A stretch of DNA of 27,852 nucleotides from a bacterium. Its GTDB lineage: Bacteria; Zhuqueibacterota; Zhuqueibacteria; Oceanimicrobiales; Oceanimicrobiaceae. The notes below the pieces were generated by a model. It ran no database searches and had not been told where the DNA came from. It saw nothing but the letters and a program-made list of their open reading frames with translations. Position numbers and translations under genes: made by a program. This document shows, piece by piece, positions 18,144 through 26,657 of the stretch (position 1 is its first letter; the number at the start of each line of letters is the position of its first letter). The DNA lies in the NCBI GenBank assembly GCA_046757525.1, contig JBHHYI010000039.1, positions 1 to 27,852 on the forward strand, given 5' to 3'.

Positions 18144-20489
18144 ATGAAAGAGAAAATCGAAAAAGTCGCGGTGCTGGGTGCGGGTGTCATGGGCGCCCAA
18201 TTGGCGGCGCACTTGTCCAATGCTGGCGTGCCTTCGTACTTGTTCGACATTTCGCAGGAAATCGCCGAAAAGGGAGTGCAAGCAGCGCTGAACTTGAAGC
18301 CGGCGCCGTTTTACAACCCGAGAACCGCCAGGCTCATCACCCCGTGCAATTACGAGGACCACCTCGATAGACTGCGGGAAGCGGACTGGGTGCTCGAAGC
18401 TGTGGTGGAACGCCTGGACATCAAGCAAGCGCTGTTTAAGCGCATTGAACCTTACCTGAAACCTGCTGCCGTGGTCACCTCCAACACTTCTGGACTGTCC
18501 ATTAAGAACATGATGAAGGGCATGTCAGCGGATTTTCAGCAGCGTTTTCTCGTGACCCATTTTTTCAACCCACCGCGTTACATGCGCCTGCTGGAAATCG
18601 TGTCGGGAACGGAGACCCGTCCAGACCTCGTTGCGGGAATCGCAGCTTTTTGTGAAAACGTCCTGGGCAAGGGCATCGTCTACGCCAAAGACACGCCGAA
18701 TTTCATCGCCAATCGCATCGGCACCTTCGGCATGATGCTCACCATGAAGCTGACGCGCGAAATGAAGCTCACCGTTGAAGCCGTGGACAAAATCACCGGC
18801 ACCCTGGTGGGACGACCCAGGAGCGCTTCCTTCCGCACCGCCGACGTGGTCGGTTTGGACACGCTGGCGCACGTGGCCAGGAACACCTACGAATTCTGCC
18901 CCGAAGATGAGGCGCGGGAAATCTTTAAAGTGCCCGACTTCTTGCAAAAAATGCTTGACAACGGCTGGTTGGGACAAAAAACCAGGAAAGGGTTTTACCA
19001 GAAGGTGGACAAGGAGATTCTGTCTTTGAATCTGGAAACTTTGGAGTACGCCCCACAAAAGCAGGTTCGGTTCGATGGTTACCGGGTGGCTAAAGGCTAC
19101 TCAGACACCAAAGCGCGCATCAGGGCGCTGGCTTACAGCGACGACCTGGCGGGCAAGTTCTTCTGGGAGTTGCTGGCGGGCACATTGCTCTACGCCGCCA
19201 ACCGCATTCCCGAGATCGCCGATGACATCGTCAGTGTGGACAACGCCATGAAATGGGGCTTTGGCTGGGAGCTCGGGCCTTTTGAAACCTGGGATGCCAT
19301 CGGGGTGGAAAAGTCGTTAAAACGGATGGATCAAGAGGACAAAAAAGTGCCAGCTTGGGTGCAGAAAATGTTGGAATCAGGCAGGACTGAATTCTACCAG
19401 GGTGGCGACGGGCGAATAAGCTATTTTGATTTCTTTAAGAAAAATTACCGGGTAATTGAGCCAAAGCCGAAAGAGATAAATTTACTTTTGGAAAAAGAAC
19501 AAGGCCACGAAATCAAAAAGAACTGGTGTGCCAGCCTGATCGATATTGGAGACGGGGTGGCTTGTTTGGAGTTTCACAGCGTGCTGCAGCCGGTGATGAA
19601 TCCCATCGATGCCTCCATGATCGACATGCTGGAGGCAGCGCTCGAACTCGTGCCGCAACGCGGCTTCCAAGGGTTGGTGATCGGCCACCAGGGCCAAAAT
19701 TTTTCTGCGGGCGCCAACCTGGCGCTGATCATTCAACTTTGCGAACAAAAGGACTGGCAACGCATCGAGCAAATCAGCAAGTCGTTTCAGGACGTGGCTC
19801 AGGCGCTGAAATTCGCTGACTTTCCCGTGGTTGCCGCACCCTTCAATCTGTGCCTGGGAGGCGGCTACGAGGCAGCGGCCTGTGCCAACCGCATCGTCGC
19901 CGCGGCAGAGCTGTACTGCGGGCTGGTAGAAGTCGGCGTGGGATTGATTCCCGGAGCTGGCGGCAATCTGCGCGTGCTGGAGAACAACATGCAGGCCATG
20001 CACCAGGCGCGCACCGGTCCGTTCCCCATCGTGCAAAAGGCCTTTGAAACCATCGGCTACGCCAGGGTTTCGACTTCGGCCAAGGAGGCGGTCAAGCTGG
20101 GTTACCTGAGCAAAGAGGACCGCATCGTCATCAACTCGCAACACTTGCTCTTCGAGGCTAAGCAGACCGTGCTTGAGTTGAGTAATGAATTTGTACCGCC
20201 ACACCCCAGGGAGGACTTAATCTTACCCGGTGAGGGCGGCAGACTGGCCATTGAAGGAACGCTCAACGACCTGGTGAAGGCGGGCAAATTGTCAGCGCAC
20301 GACCGGCTCATCGGCGGCAAGTTAGCCTACGTCCTCACCGGAGGTGAAAAGGCCGGGCCAACGAAGCCCGTGAGCGAGCAATACATTCTGGATTTGGAGC
20401 GCGAGGCGTTTGTCAGCTTGTGCGGTGAAAAATTCTCCCAGGAGCGCATGAAGTTCATGCTCGAGCACGGCAAGCCGTTGCGGAATTAG
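18144..20489 (+). CDS. fadN: 3-hydroxyacyl-CoA dehydrogenase / enoyl-CoA hydratase (FadN-type order: HADH first, crotonase second)
   Basis: 'GAGVMG', 'SNTSG', 'HFFNPPRYMRLLE', 'FIANRIG'; crotonase motifs 'FSAGANL', 'GGGYE', 'GLVEVGVGLIPGAGG'; ends 'GKPLRN'. Confidence 0.9.
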   Translation: MKEKIEKVAVLGAGVMGAQLAAHLSNAGVPSYLFDISQEIAEKGVQAALNLKPAPFYNPRTARLITPCNYEDHLDRLREADWVLEAVVERLDIKQALFKRIEPYLKPAAVVTSNTSGLSIKNMMKGMSADFQQRFLVTHFFNPPRYMRLLEIVSGTETRPDLVAGIAAFCENVLGKGIVYAKDTPNFIANRIGTFGMMLTMKLTREMKLTVEAVDKITGTLVGRPRSASFRTADVVGLDTLAHVARNTYEFCPEDEAREIFKVPDFLQKMLDNGWLGQKTRKGFYQKVDKEILSLNLETLEYAPQKQVRFDGYRVAKGYSDTKARIRALAYSDDLAGKFFWELLAGTLLYAANRIPEIADDIVSVDNAMKWGFGWELGPFETWDAIGVEKSLKRMDQEDKKVPAWVQKMLESGRTEFYQGGDGRISYFDFFKKNYRVIEPKPKEINLLLEKEQGHEIKKNWCASLIDIGDGVACLEFHSVLQPVMNPIDASMIDMLEAALELVPQRGFQGLVIGHQGQNFSAGANLALIIQLCEQKDWQRIEQISKSFQDVAQALKFADFPVVAAPFNLCLGGGYEAAACANRIVAAAELYCGLVEVGVGLIPGAGGNLRVLENNMQAMHQARTGPFPIVQKAFETIGYARVSTSAKEAVKLGYLSKEDRIVINSQHLLFEAKQTVLELSNEFVPPHPREDLILPGEGGRLAIEGTLNDLVKAGKLSAHDRLIGGKLAYVLTGGEKAGPTKPVSEQYILDLEREAFVSLCGEKFSQERMKFMLEHGKPLRN

Positions 20490-20573
20490 GGTTTAATGAC
20501 CACCTCAATTCTGCAGCAAGTGTTCAATTGTGAGTATAGTACATCGTTTCACCAAAAGGATTATCTACAGTGC

Positions 20574-20661
20574 TGTCGTTTCGAGTCAGGCAGTCGCCAG
20601 ACGAAGCAATCTCTTGTTTTCAGGTTAAAGATTGCATCGCTGAGAAGCGCTTGCAATGACA
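20574..20661. repeat. Degenerate palindromic intergenic repeat (GTCATTGCGAG...CGAAGCAATC / GATTGCTTCG...CTCGCAATGAC type)
   Basis: Outer arms 20574-20585 / 20650-20661 (9/12 match); inner arms CGAAGCAATCT 20602-20612 / AGATTGCATCG 20629-20639 (10/11 match). Confidence 0.65.
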
Positions 20662-20821
20662 GATGCGGGGCAGAATGCTGCTGAAAAGCCCAAGCCTTTG
20701 ATTGTGCAGCGTTTAGTATTGCGCGCCATTTATGTCATGCAGATGCTTGACGCCCTGGCCGGTGGAATTTTGGCGAGGGCGGTTTAATATTAAAACCCAG
20801 CGCGGCGCAGCCGTAAATGAA

Positions 20822-20978
20822 TGGAACACGGATTGCACGGATCGAACGGATTTACACGGATTTGTTTCTTGTGAAAATCAAACGGTTCATGAGCCATTCG
20901 GTTCGCAGTTACTGCCTCAAACAGATTTAATCTGGCTAACCCGTTCGGATCCGTTAAACCCGTGCAATCCGCGTTCCA
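20822..20978. repeat. Inverted-repeat element built from ACGGAT units (41-bp arms, 75-bp spacer)
   Basis: Left arm 20822-20862 and right arm 20938-20978 match at 32/41 positions by manual alignment; four ACGGAT units in the left arm. Confidence 0.75.
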
Positions 20979-21075
20979 ATTCTTTTTGCACTACTGTGCA
21001 AGAAATGAGACGTAATCCTAATAGAGTTAGCACGGCCATAAGAAATTCAGTGAGCTTCGGGGTTTAATTGGGGAC

Positions 21076-24000
21076 TCAAATTTCAATAGCTTCCACCATC
21101 TCCTCCGGCAATTCCTTCCTGGGCTGCTTTTCCAATTTTTTCACCATGTTGCCGTAGCGCCGGTCGATCTTGAACCCGAACTTGTAGAAAAACTCCGCCC
21201 GCAGAAAGCCCACGGTTACGATGTTGATTCCCTGACTCTGCAACCGGCTGAAAAACTCGTTGAGCAAGCCATCGCTGACGCCTTTCTTGCGGCAGCGCAC
21301 GTCTACCACGACTTTTTCCAAATGCACCTGCTGCTGATCGGTAGGGCGGTAGAACAACCCACCGACGACGTGCTGTCGCTCGTTTAAGATCAGCAAGTAC
21401 TGATGCTCAGGCAGGAATTGGACCGGAAGATTGGCAAGATTAAACAATTTACACAGTCGGGCAATTTCTTTGGGGGAGGCCGGTTGACGAATGCTAAAGC
21501 GGTTGCCGTCGTTGTCCTCGATATACACCACCAGCGCTGTTTTCTGGGCGCCCTGTCCGGGCAACGAAATAAATTCGGCAGAATCTGTGGGCCTGAGATG
21601 GGGGTAAGTCATCCGCGTAAGAAAGAATTCTTCGTCCGGACGAATGGGATGACGTCCTCTGATCTCAGAAACCAATTCCAGAACCTGATCGTCGGAGACG
21701 GGCCTGGTCTTTATTTTTTGCATGATCCTGGTCAACCCGCGTCTCAACCTGTCGCTGCTGCTCTGGAAAATCGTGTCGCGGAATAGCAAAATACGAGAGC
21801 CCGGGAAGGTTTTCTCCAGGTTTTCCAGATGATAGGTGGTGTACATTTCCTGCAAGGTTTGCATGCAAGCCTGCGGGGTTGCGTCAGGATTCAATTGGTG
21901 CCAGCGCTGAAATCTTTGAATGGCAAAGTGAACCCGCTTGGGGAGATAACCCTGTGAGTGAACCGACTTGATGAACTGGCTGAGTTTTTTCTGCAATTCC
22001 GCTGACTCCTGGTTTAGATCGGTTTCCCGGAGCTCCTGCGCGGCTTGCTCCAGCACTTGCAGCCCGGGCTCTTCCCCGAGGACTTCCAGAAACGACGCAA
22101 ATATGACGTGCCAACTGCAGCGGCCTTTGAGCTTGTCATATCGTTCCTCCACAGGCAAGATGAATTGCTGGCGAAAAGACAAAATCATGTCCGCCAGTCT
22201 CACAAACGGCTTTCTGTTAGAAATGGAAACGATGCGGAAACCCACCTGGTAGTCGTGTGCAGGCACGATGACGTTGGCGGCAGCGGGATCGGCTACTTCC
22301 AACTTTCTGCCCGTGCGGTTCCAAAAGTCGACGTAGGCGCTCAACCCACTCCAGACCAGATTGGGCCACAGGAGCTGCATTCGTTTTACCCAGACTTCGT
22401 CCGAATAGCGATCCAGTCTTTTGAGGAACCGCTCCACGGTTTCGCCGGGGATGAATTCCTCGGTCCAGATGTCGTATTCTGGCCAGTAGCCACCAAAAAC
22501 CTCCACCAGCGGCTCGTGCTCCATGGCTTCGCCGGCGCAAATGAGCCAGGTGATTTCCGAATCAACTTCGTCATTAGCCAGCGATTTGTTGACATTAATC
22601 GCAAGGTCGAACGCGCCGGAATGACGGGTTTGTACCGAAACCCGGTACACCGATTTGCCGTGCAGCGATCCCAGAAAGCTCACCCAAATGCCCTTTTGCA
22701 AGATGTCTTGCAGGCGAACCAAAATGCCGTCGGTGAAAAGGAAAATCGCTTCCCGAATCAAGGGTAAGGCTTGCATGGCTCGGAACAACCGGTCTTTATC
22801 CTCGCCATCGATGCCTTCTTCGAAGATGACGACGTCTTTCCAGCGATATTCGTTGGCAGTCTCCGGGTCCACCGCAATGCTCTGATTCCGGCCCAGCCAC
22901 TCTCGAAAGCCCGCCGTGAGCACAAGGCCACACTGCTTGGCCCGCTCACATACCGGGCGGTCGCTTTCTAAAAGCGACCATGTCGTCAGTTCCGAGCGAA
23001 TGGTCTTGTACCAGATCGGGTGCTGGATTCCGTAGGCTGTAATGAGGTCGAGGAGAGCCAGCAGATTGGCCTTCTCCCGGGTTCTCCGCCCGGGTTCCGA
23101 ATATGTGTTCAAAATCTCAAAGATGCTGCGCACTTGCGTTTTAGACAGGTCCAGTTCTGCGATCCTGGAAATGGTCTCCTCATCGAGAAACTCACAACCG
23201 GCGCACAAAAACTGTTCAAAAATGGTCTTGAAAAATTCCCTCTTTTCACTCAAAATTAAGATCTTAAATGCCCGCCTTTTTGTGGCCGCATGGTCGAAAC
23301 GGGCCGTCCGCAGCAAGATGTCTTTTGCCACTCCTGAGAGCGCTTTGTTCTTGGCCCGAATAATCTTTTCGAGAAAGGTGAATGCTTTGGACAACCCTGC
23401 TTCGTCTTTTGTTTGCAGCAAGTAAGCAGCCATGTGCAGGCATTGGAAATTATCCCCTTGCTGACTTAAGCAATCGCAGAATTCAGCCACGATTTTAGAA
23501 TCGGGCTTGATCGGGTGGTCCGCCAAAGAGATGTTGGATTCAACTCCTTTTGAATCTTCAAACCGCGACCACCGGAAAATCTTATCGCCCACAAATGTTT
23601 GCAGCTCCACATTGCCAATCCAGAAGGCCGGCCGATGAATCAGTTGCCCCAGATCGACGGTGTGGTTCTTGACCGAATACCAAAAAGTCCCAATCCGAAC
23701 CAATGGTGAGCCTTGGCCCGTGCCTGTGACTTGCAGGCTCAGCCGGTGTGGTTTCAGAATCAAGGTTGAATTCTCCAGGCGCAGGTCGTCTGCCGTCAAG
23801 CCTTTTTCTCGTAAGAACCAATTGGGAATCCTCAATTCCAGCTCTTCAAGATTGAACGCCAGGTAGTCCTTCTTGTACATGCTTTCGATTTGGGTCCGAA
23901 AGTTCTTTTCCACCACTTTGCGTTTGAAAGTACCCTTGGCCGTAATTTCCCCCTTCTCGAACGAGAAGTCTCGGTCGATAATGGTGAGATTCACAATTCT

Positions 24001-25848
24001 TTCGAAAGACGCCAGAAACTGATTGACCGAAACGATCAACGAGCTGAAAAACTCCCGCAGCTTGTCCTCGGGAATGGCGGCAAGATCCAGTTGGTCGTAG
24101 TCGTAATTGGGGTAGAGCAGCAAGGTATTGTATTCCTTGTGGTCGCCCACGAGAAACACGCTCTTAATCGATTCGAAGTCTTTGAACAGATTCTCGATTT
24201 TTTGAGGCGCAATGGTTTCCCCCTTGACGTTTTTGTAGATTTCTTTCTTGCGATCCAGAATTTTGAAGTAGCCCTCAGAGTCTTGCGAGAAGATGTCGCC
24301 GGTGGGCAGCAGGCCATTCTCAAAGTCGGAGGTTTCGCTGTGTAGATACCCCTCCATCACGTACGGGCCACGGATCAACATTTCGCCATCTTCCGCCAGT
24401 TGGATTTCAATGCCGGGCAGGGCCTTGCCGACAGAATTGTCCCGGTACTGGAACGGCGGCGTCATGGTGATGCCGCCGGTGGCTTCGGTCATGCCGAAGC
24501 CGCTCATGAGTTCGATGCCATGATTCTGGAAAAAGCGAAAAATGTCCGGGTCTAAATAGCCTGCGGCCGAAAGTCCCCATTTCAGCTTACCACCAGTCAT
24601 TTGAGAAACCGTCTGTTGTATGACCGCTTCCGATTCCACATCGATGTCCACGTTTTCTTTAATCTTCTCGTGGAGCTGGATCCACTTCTTCGGAATGCTG
24701 ATGAAGATGGTGGGGGACATCCGCTGCATGGTTTTTACGATGGTGTCGATTTTCGGATTCTCCAGAAAAACGTAGGTGCTGCCCCAAAAAACACAACCCA
24801 ACATTTCAAAGAAACGGCCGAAGGTGTGGAATAGCGGCAAATAGCACAGGAAAGTGTCCTGTGGGCCGATTTCTGGCAAGGCCAGTGCCCGTGCGAAACG
24901 TTTGCTGACGAGATTGCGTTGCGTGAACATGATGCCCTTAGGCGCATCGGTTGTGCCTGAAGTGTACATGATGGTAGCCAAATCGTCGATGTGCACCCGT
25001 TCAATGCGAGACTGCACCATTTCCGACGGCACAGTTGCCCCCTTTTCGAGGAAAGCTTCTAAAGTAGTGACATTCTCAACCTCGGCACTTGAAGGGTTAA
25101 GCAAGATTATATTTTCAACCGTGTTCAATTGACTGCGGATTTTCAGAAGCTTGCTCAGTTGACTCTCATTGGAAACGAAAATGGTGTGCGCTTCACAATG
25201 GTTCAAGATGTACTGGACCTGGGACGCGACGGAGTTGACGGGAATCAAGACGTTCACAATACCTGCACTGAGACAGGCAAGGTCTAAACAGGCCATCTCC
25301 AGGCTGTTTTCCGACAGAATGGCTACGGGTGCTGAGGCCGGTCTGTTGGCGCACAGCACATGCAGGGCCCGCACCAGCGACTCTACCCTCGCTTCGACGG
25401 TTTTCCAGGAATACTCAGCGACCTTACCCTCTTTTATTAGCTTGAACAACGTCTGGCTGCCGTACTTGCTTGCCCTTTGTTGAAATAGTCGGCCCACCGT
25501 GAAATGGGAGGTCGTTATGAGAGAAAGGATAAAGTCAAACCAGAGTTCGACTTTTTGCTCGTGGTAGATTTTTTGCAAAAGCAGGTTGGAGCGGCTGAAA
25601 TCGAGAAAGTTGAACAAATGGTTTTGAAACCGTTGCTTTAAATGCTTTGGTGAGTTTTCGTAGGCTGCTCGAAAGAGGCTTCCAACTTCTATGAACTCTT
25701 CAACAGCACCGCCTTTGACGCATGCTTCCTGCTTCTCGGCCTGTGTGAACCACGGGCTGAGCAAAGCAGCCGCCTTTTCAGCTTCTGCCAGATTTCCGGA
25801 CTGCAAAGCTGCGGCCATTTTCTCTCGAATCGTACTTAAATTCGCCAT
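21076..25848 (-). CDS. 1590-aa multidomain protein: AMP-binding long-chain acyl-CoA-synthetase-like module + unknown region + kinase-like module + C-terminal GNAT acyltransferase
   Basis: Adenylation motifs 'YTSGTTDAPKG', 'GFGMTE', 'PTGD', 'DRKKEIYK', 'IAPQKIE' (aa ~115-657). GNAT motif A 'VVVDVRCRKKGVS' and 'FFYKFGF' at the C-terminus. The kinase-like motifs at aa ~1053-1210 were seen by eye and are less certain. Confidence 0.85.
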   Translation of the reverse strand: MANLSTIREKMAAALQSGNLAEAEKAAALLSPWFTQAEKQEACVKGGAVEEFIEVGSLFRAAYENSPKHLKQRFQNHLFNFLDFSRSNLLLQKIYHEQKVELWFDFILSLITTSHFTVGRLFQQRASKYGSQTLFKLIKEGKVAEYSWKTVEARVESLVRALHVLCANRPASAPVAILSENSLEMACLDLACLSAGIVNVLIPVNSVASQVQYILNHCEAHTIFVSNESQLSKLLKIRSQLNTVENIILLNPSSAEVENVTTLEAFLEKGATVPSEMVQSRIERVHIDDLATIMYTSGTTDAPKGIMFTQRNLVSKRFARALALPEIGPQDTFLCYLPLFHTFGRFFEMLGCVFWGSTYVFLENPKIDTIVKTMQRMSPTIFISIPKKWIQLHEKIKENVDIDVESEAVIQQTVSQMTGGKLKWGLSAAGYLDPDIFRFFQNHGIELMSGFGMTEATGGITMTPPFQYRDNSVGKALPGIEIQLAEDGEMLIRGPYVMEGYLHSETSDFENGLLPTGDIFSQDSEGYFKILDRKKEIYKNVKGETIAPQKIENLFKDFESIKSVFLVGDHKEYNTLLLYPNYDYDQLDLAAIPEDKLREFFSSLIVSVNQFLASFERIVNLTIIDRDFSFEKGEITAKGTFKRKVVEKNFRTQIESMYKKDYLAFNLEELELRIPNWFLREKGLTADDLRLENSTLILKPHRLSLQVTGTGQGSPLVRIGTFWYSVKNHTVDLGQLIHRPAFWIGNVELQTFVGDKIFRWSRFEDSKGVESNISLADHPIKPDSKIVAEFCDCLSQQGDNFQCLHMAAYLLQTKDEAGLSKAFTFLEKIIRAKNKALSGVAKDILLRTARFDHAATKRRAFKILILSEKREFFKTIFEQFLCAGCEFLDEETISRIAELDLSKTQVRSIFEILNTYSEPGRRTREKANLLALLDLITAYGIQHPIWYKTIRSELTTWSLLESDRPVCERAKQCGLVLTAGFREWLGRNQSIAVDPETANEYRWKDVVIFEEGIDGEDKDRLFRAMQALPLIREAIFLFTDGILVRLQDILQKGIWVSFLGSLHGKSVYRVSVQTRHSGAFDLAINVNKSLANDEVDSEITWLICAGEAMEHEPLVEVFGGYWPEYDIWTEEFIPGETVERFLKRLDRYSDEVWVKRMQLLWPNLVWSGLSAYVDFWNRTGRKLEVADPAAANVIVPAHDYQVGFRIVSISNRKPFVRLADMILSFRQQFILPVEERYDKLKGRCSWHVIFASFLEVLGEEPGLQVLEQAAQELRETDLNQESAELQKKLSQFIKSVHSQGYLPKRVHFAIQRFQRWHQLNPDATPQACMQTLQEMYTTYHLENLEKTFPGSRILLFRDTIFQSSSDRLRRGLTRIMQKIKTRPVSDDQVLELVSEIRGRHPIRPDEEFFLTRMTYPHLRPTDSAEFISLPGQGAQKTALVVYIEDNDGNRFSIRQPASPKEIARLCKLFNLANLPVQFLPEHQYLLILNERQHVVGGLFYRPTDQQQVHLEKVVVDVRCRKKGVSDGLLNEFFSRLQSQGINIVTVGFLRAEFFYKFGFKIDRRYGNMVKKLEKQPRKELPEEMVEAIEI

Positions 25849-25982
25849 GAGCGGTCACCTGAGATTACAATCTTAGCGCAATTCAACCAACAAAAGTTAA
25901 TGCAGTTGGAGGTGAAATCCAAATCTTTTTTGACCCAATTGTGCACTAATTGAGCCCGTGCTTTTGATTCCAACAAATTTCC

Positions 25983-26011
25983 TTGCTTTTGCCGCAATTT
26001 TGCAGTAATAT
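25983..26011 (+). promoter_or_regulatory. Candidate sigma70 promoter for the fur-like/trxB operon (TTGCTT-17-TAATAT)
   Basis: Hexamers at 25983-25988 and 26006-26011. Confidence 0.4.
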
Positions 26012-26118
26012 TGAATGTTTGAGACTCATTTGCAGTAGCTGGCAAAAGCCTATGGCAGGCTGGTCAGAACTTGAAACGTCTCATACATTTTTGGAACACA
26101 GGAACCACAGGGCGACGC

Positions 26119-26619
26119 ATGGAGCACGTTGAGCAGCAGTTTAAAGAGTATTTAGCTGCTAACAAACTAAAATACACGCCAGAACGGCGGAAGATATTTA
26201 ATGAAGTCTTTTCGTCACGCGATCGTTTCGACGCGGATGAGTTGTTTGTGCGTTTGCGCTCTCACAGCAAACGGGTTTCCAGGGCCACCGTGTACAGAAC
26301 TTTAGACCTGTTGATTAAGTTGGGTTTGGTGCGAAGAGTGTGCCTGGGAGACCGATCGGCCTTGTTCGAAAACGTGTTTAGTTGGAAGCAACACGGCAAC
26401 TTGATCTGCAAGGCCTGTGGTAAAATTCAGGAATTCAAAATAAAGGAAATAGAGGAAAGACTGGAAGCTGTTTGTAAACAAAACGCTTTTGAGGCACAAA
26501 GCAGTTGCATCCAGATTTTCGGCTACTGTTCGCAGTGCAAAGCTGCGGTCTTGTCCAAATGTGAGAACAAGTTGTCCGTGTTGAAAGAACTTGGAAACGC
26601 CAAGGAAGTCAACGTCTAA
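26119..26619 (+). CDS. Fur-family transcriptional regulator (atypical metal sites)
   Basis: 'KYTPERRKI', HTH 'VSRATVYRTLDLL', 'LICKACGKIQEF', 'IFGYCSQC'. ATG 26119 preferred over TTG 26071. Confidence 0.88.
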   Translation: MEHVEQQFKEYLAANKLKYTPERRKIFNEVFSSRDRFDADELFVRLRSHSKRVSRATVYRTLDLLIKLGLVRRVCLGDRSALFENVFSWKQHGNLICKACGKIQEFKIKEIEERLEAVCKQNAFEAQSSCIQIFGYCSQCKAAVLSKCENKLSVLKELGNAKEVNV

Positions 26620-26657
26620 TTTTTAACCACCATTGGAAAGGAGCAGGATTTCACACC

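Noticed and set aside
16974..18428. 484-aa antisense ORF over the thiolase
   Set aside because: Shadow frame of a well-conserved, codon-biased gene; no protein motifs.
20822..20978. CRISPR array
   Set aside because: The repeats are short, inverted and lack unique ~30-nt spacers; no cas genes are present.
20496..21067. ORFs of 62 aa (20496-20684) and 111 aa (20732-21067)
   Set aside because: They are translations of the two palindromic repeat elements (e.g. 'NTDCTDRTDLHG', 'DPLNPCNPRS'), not credible proteins.
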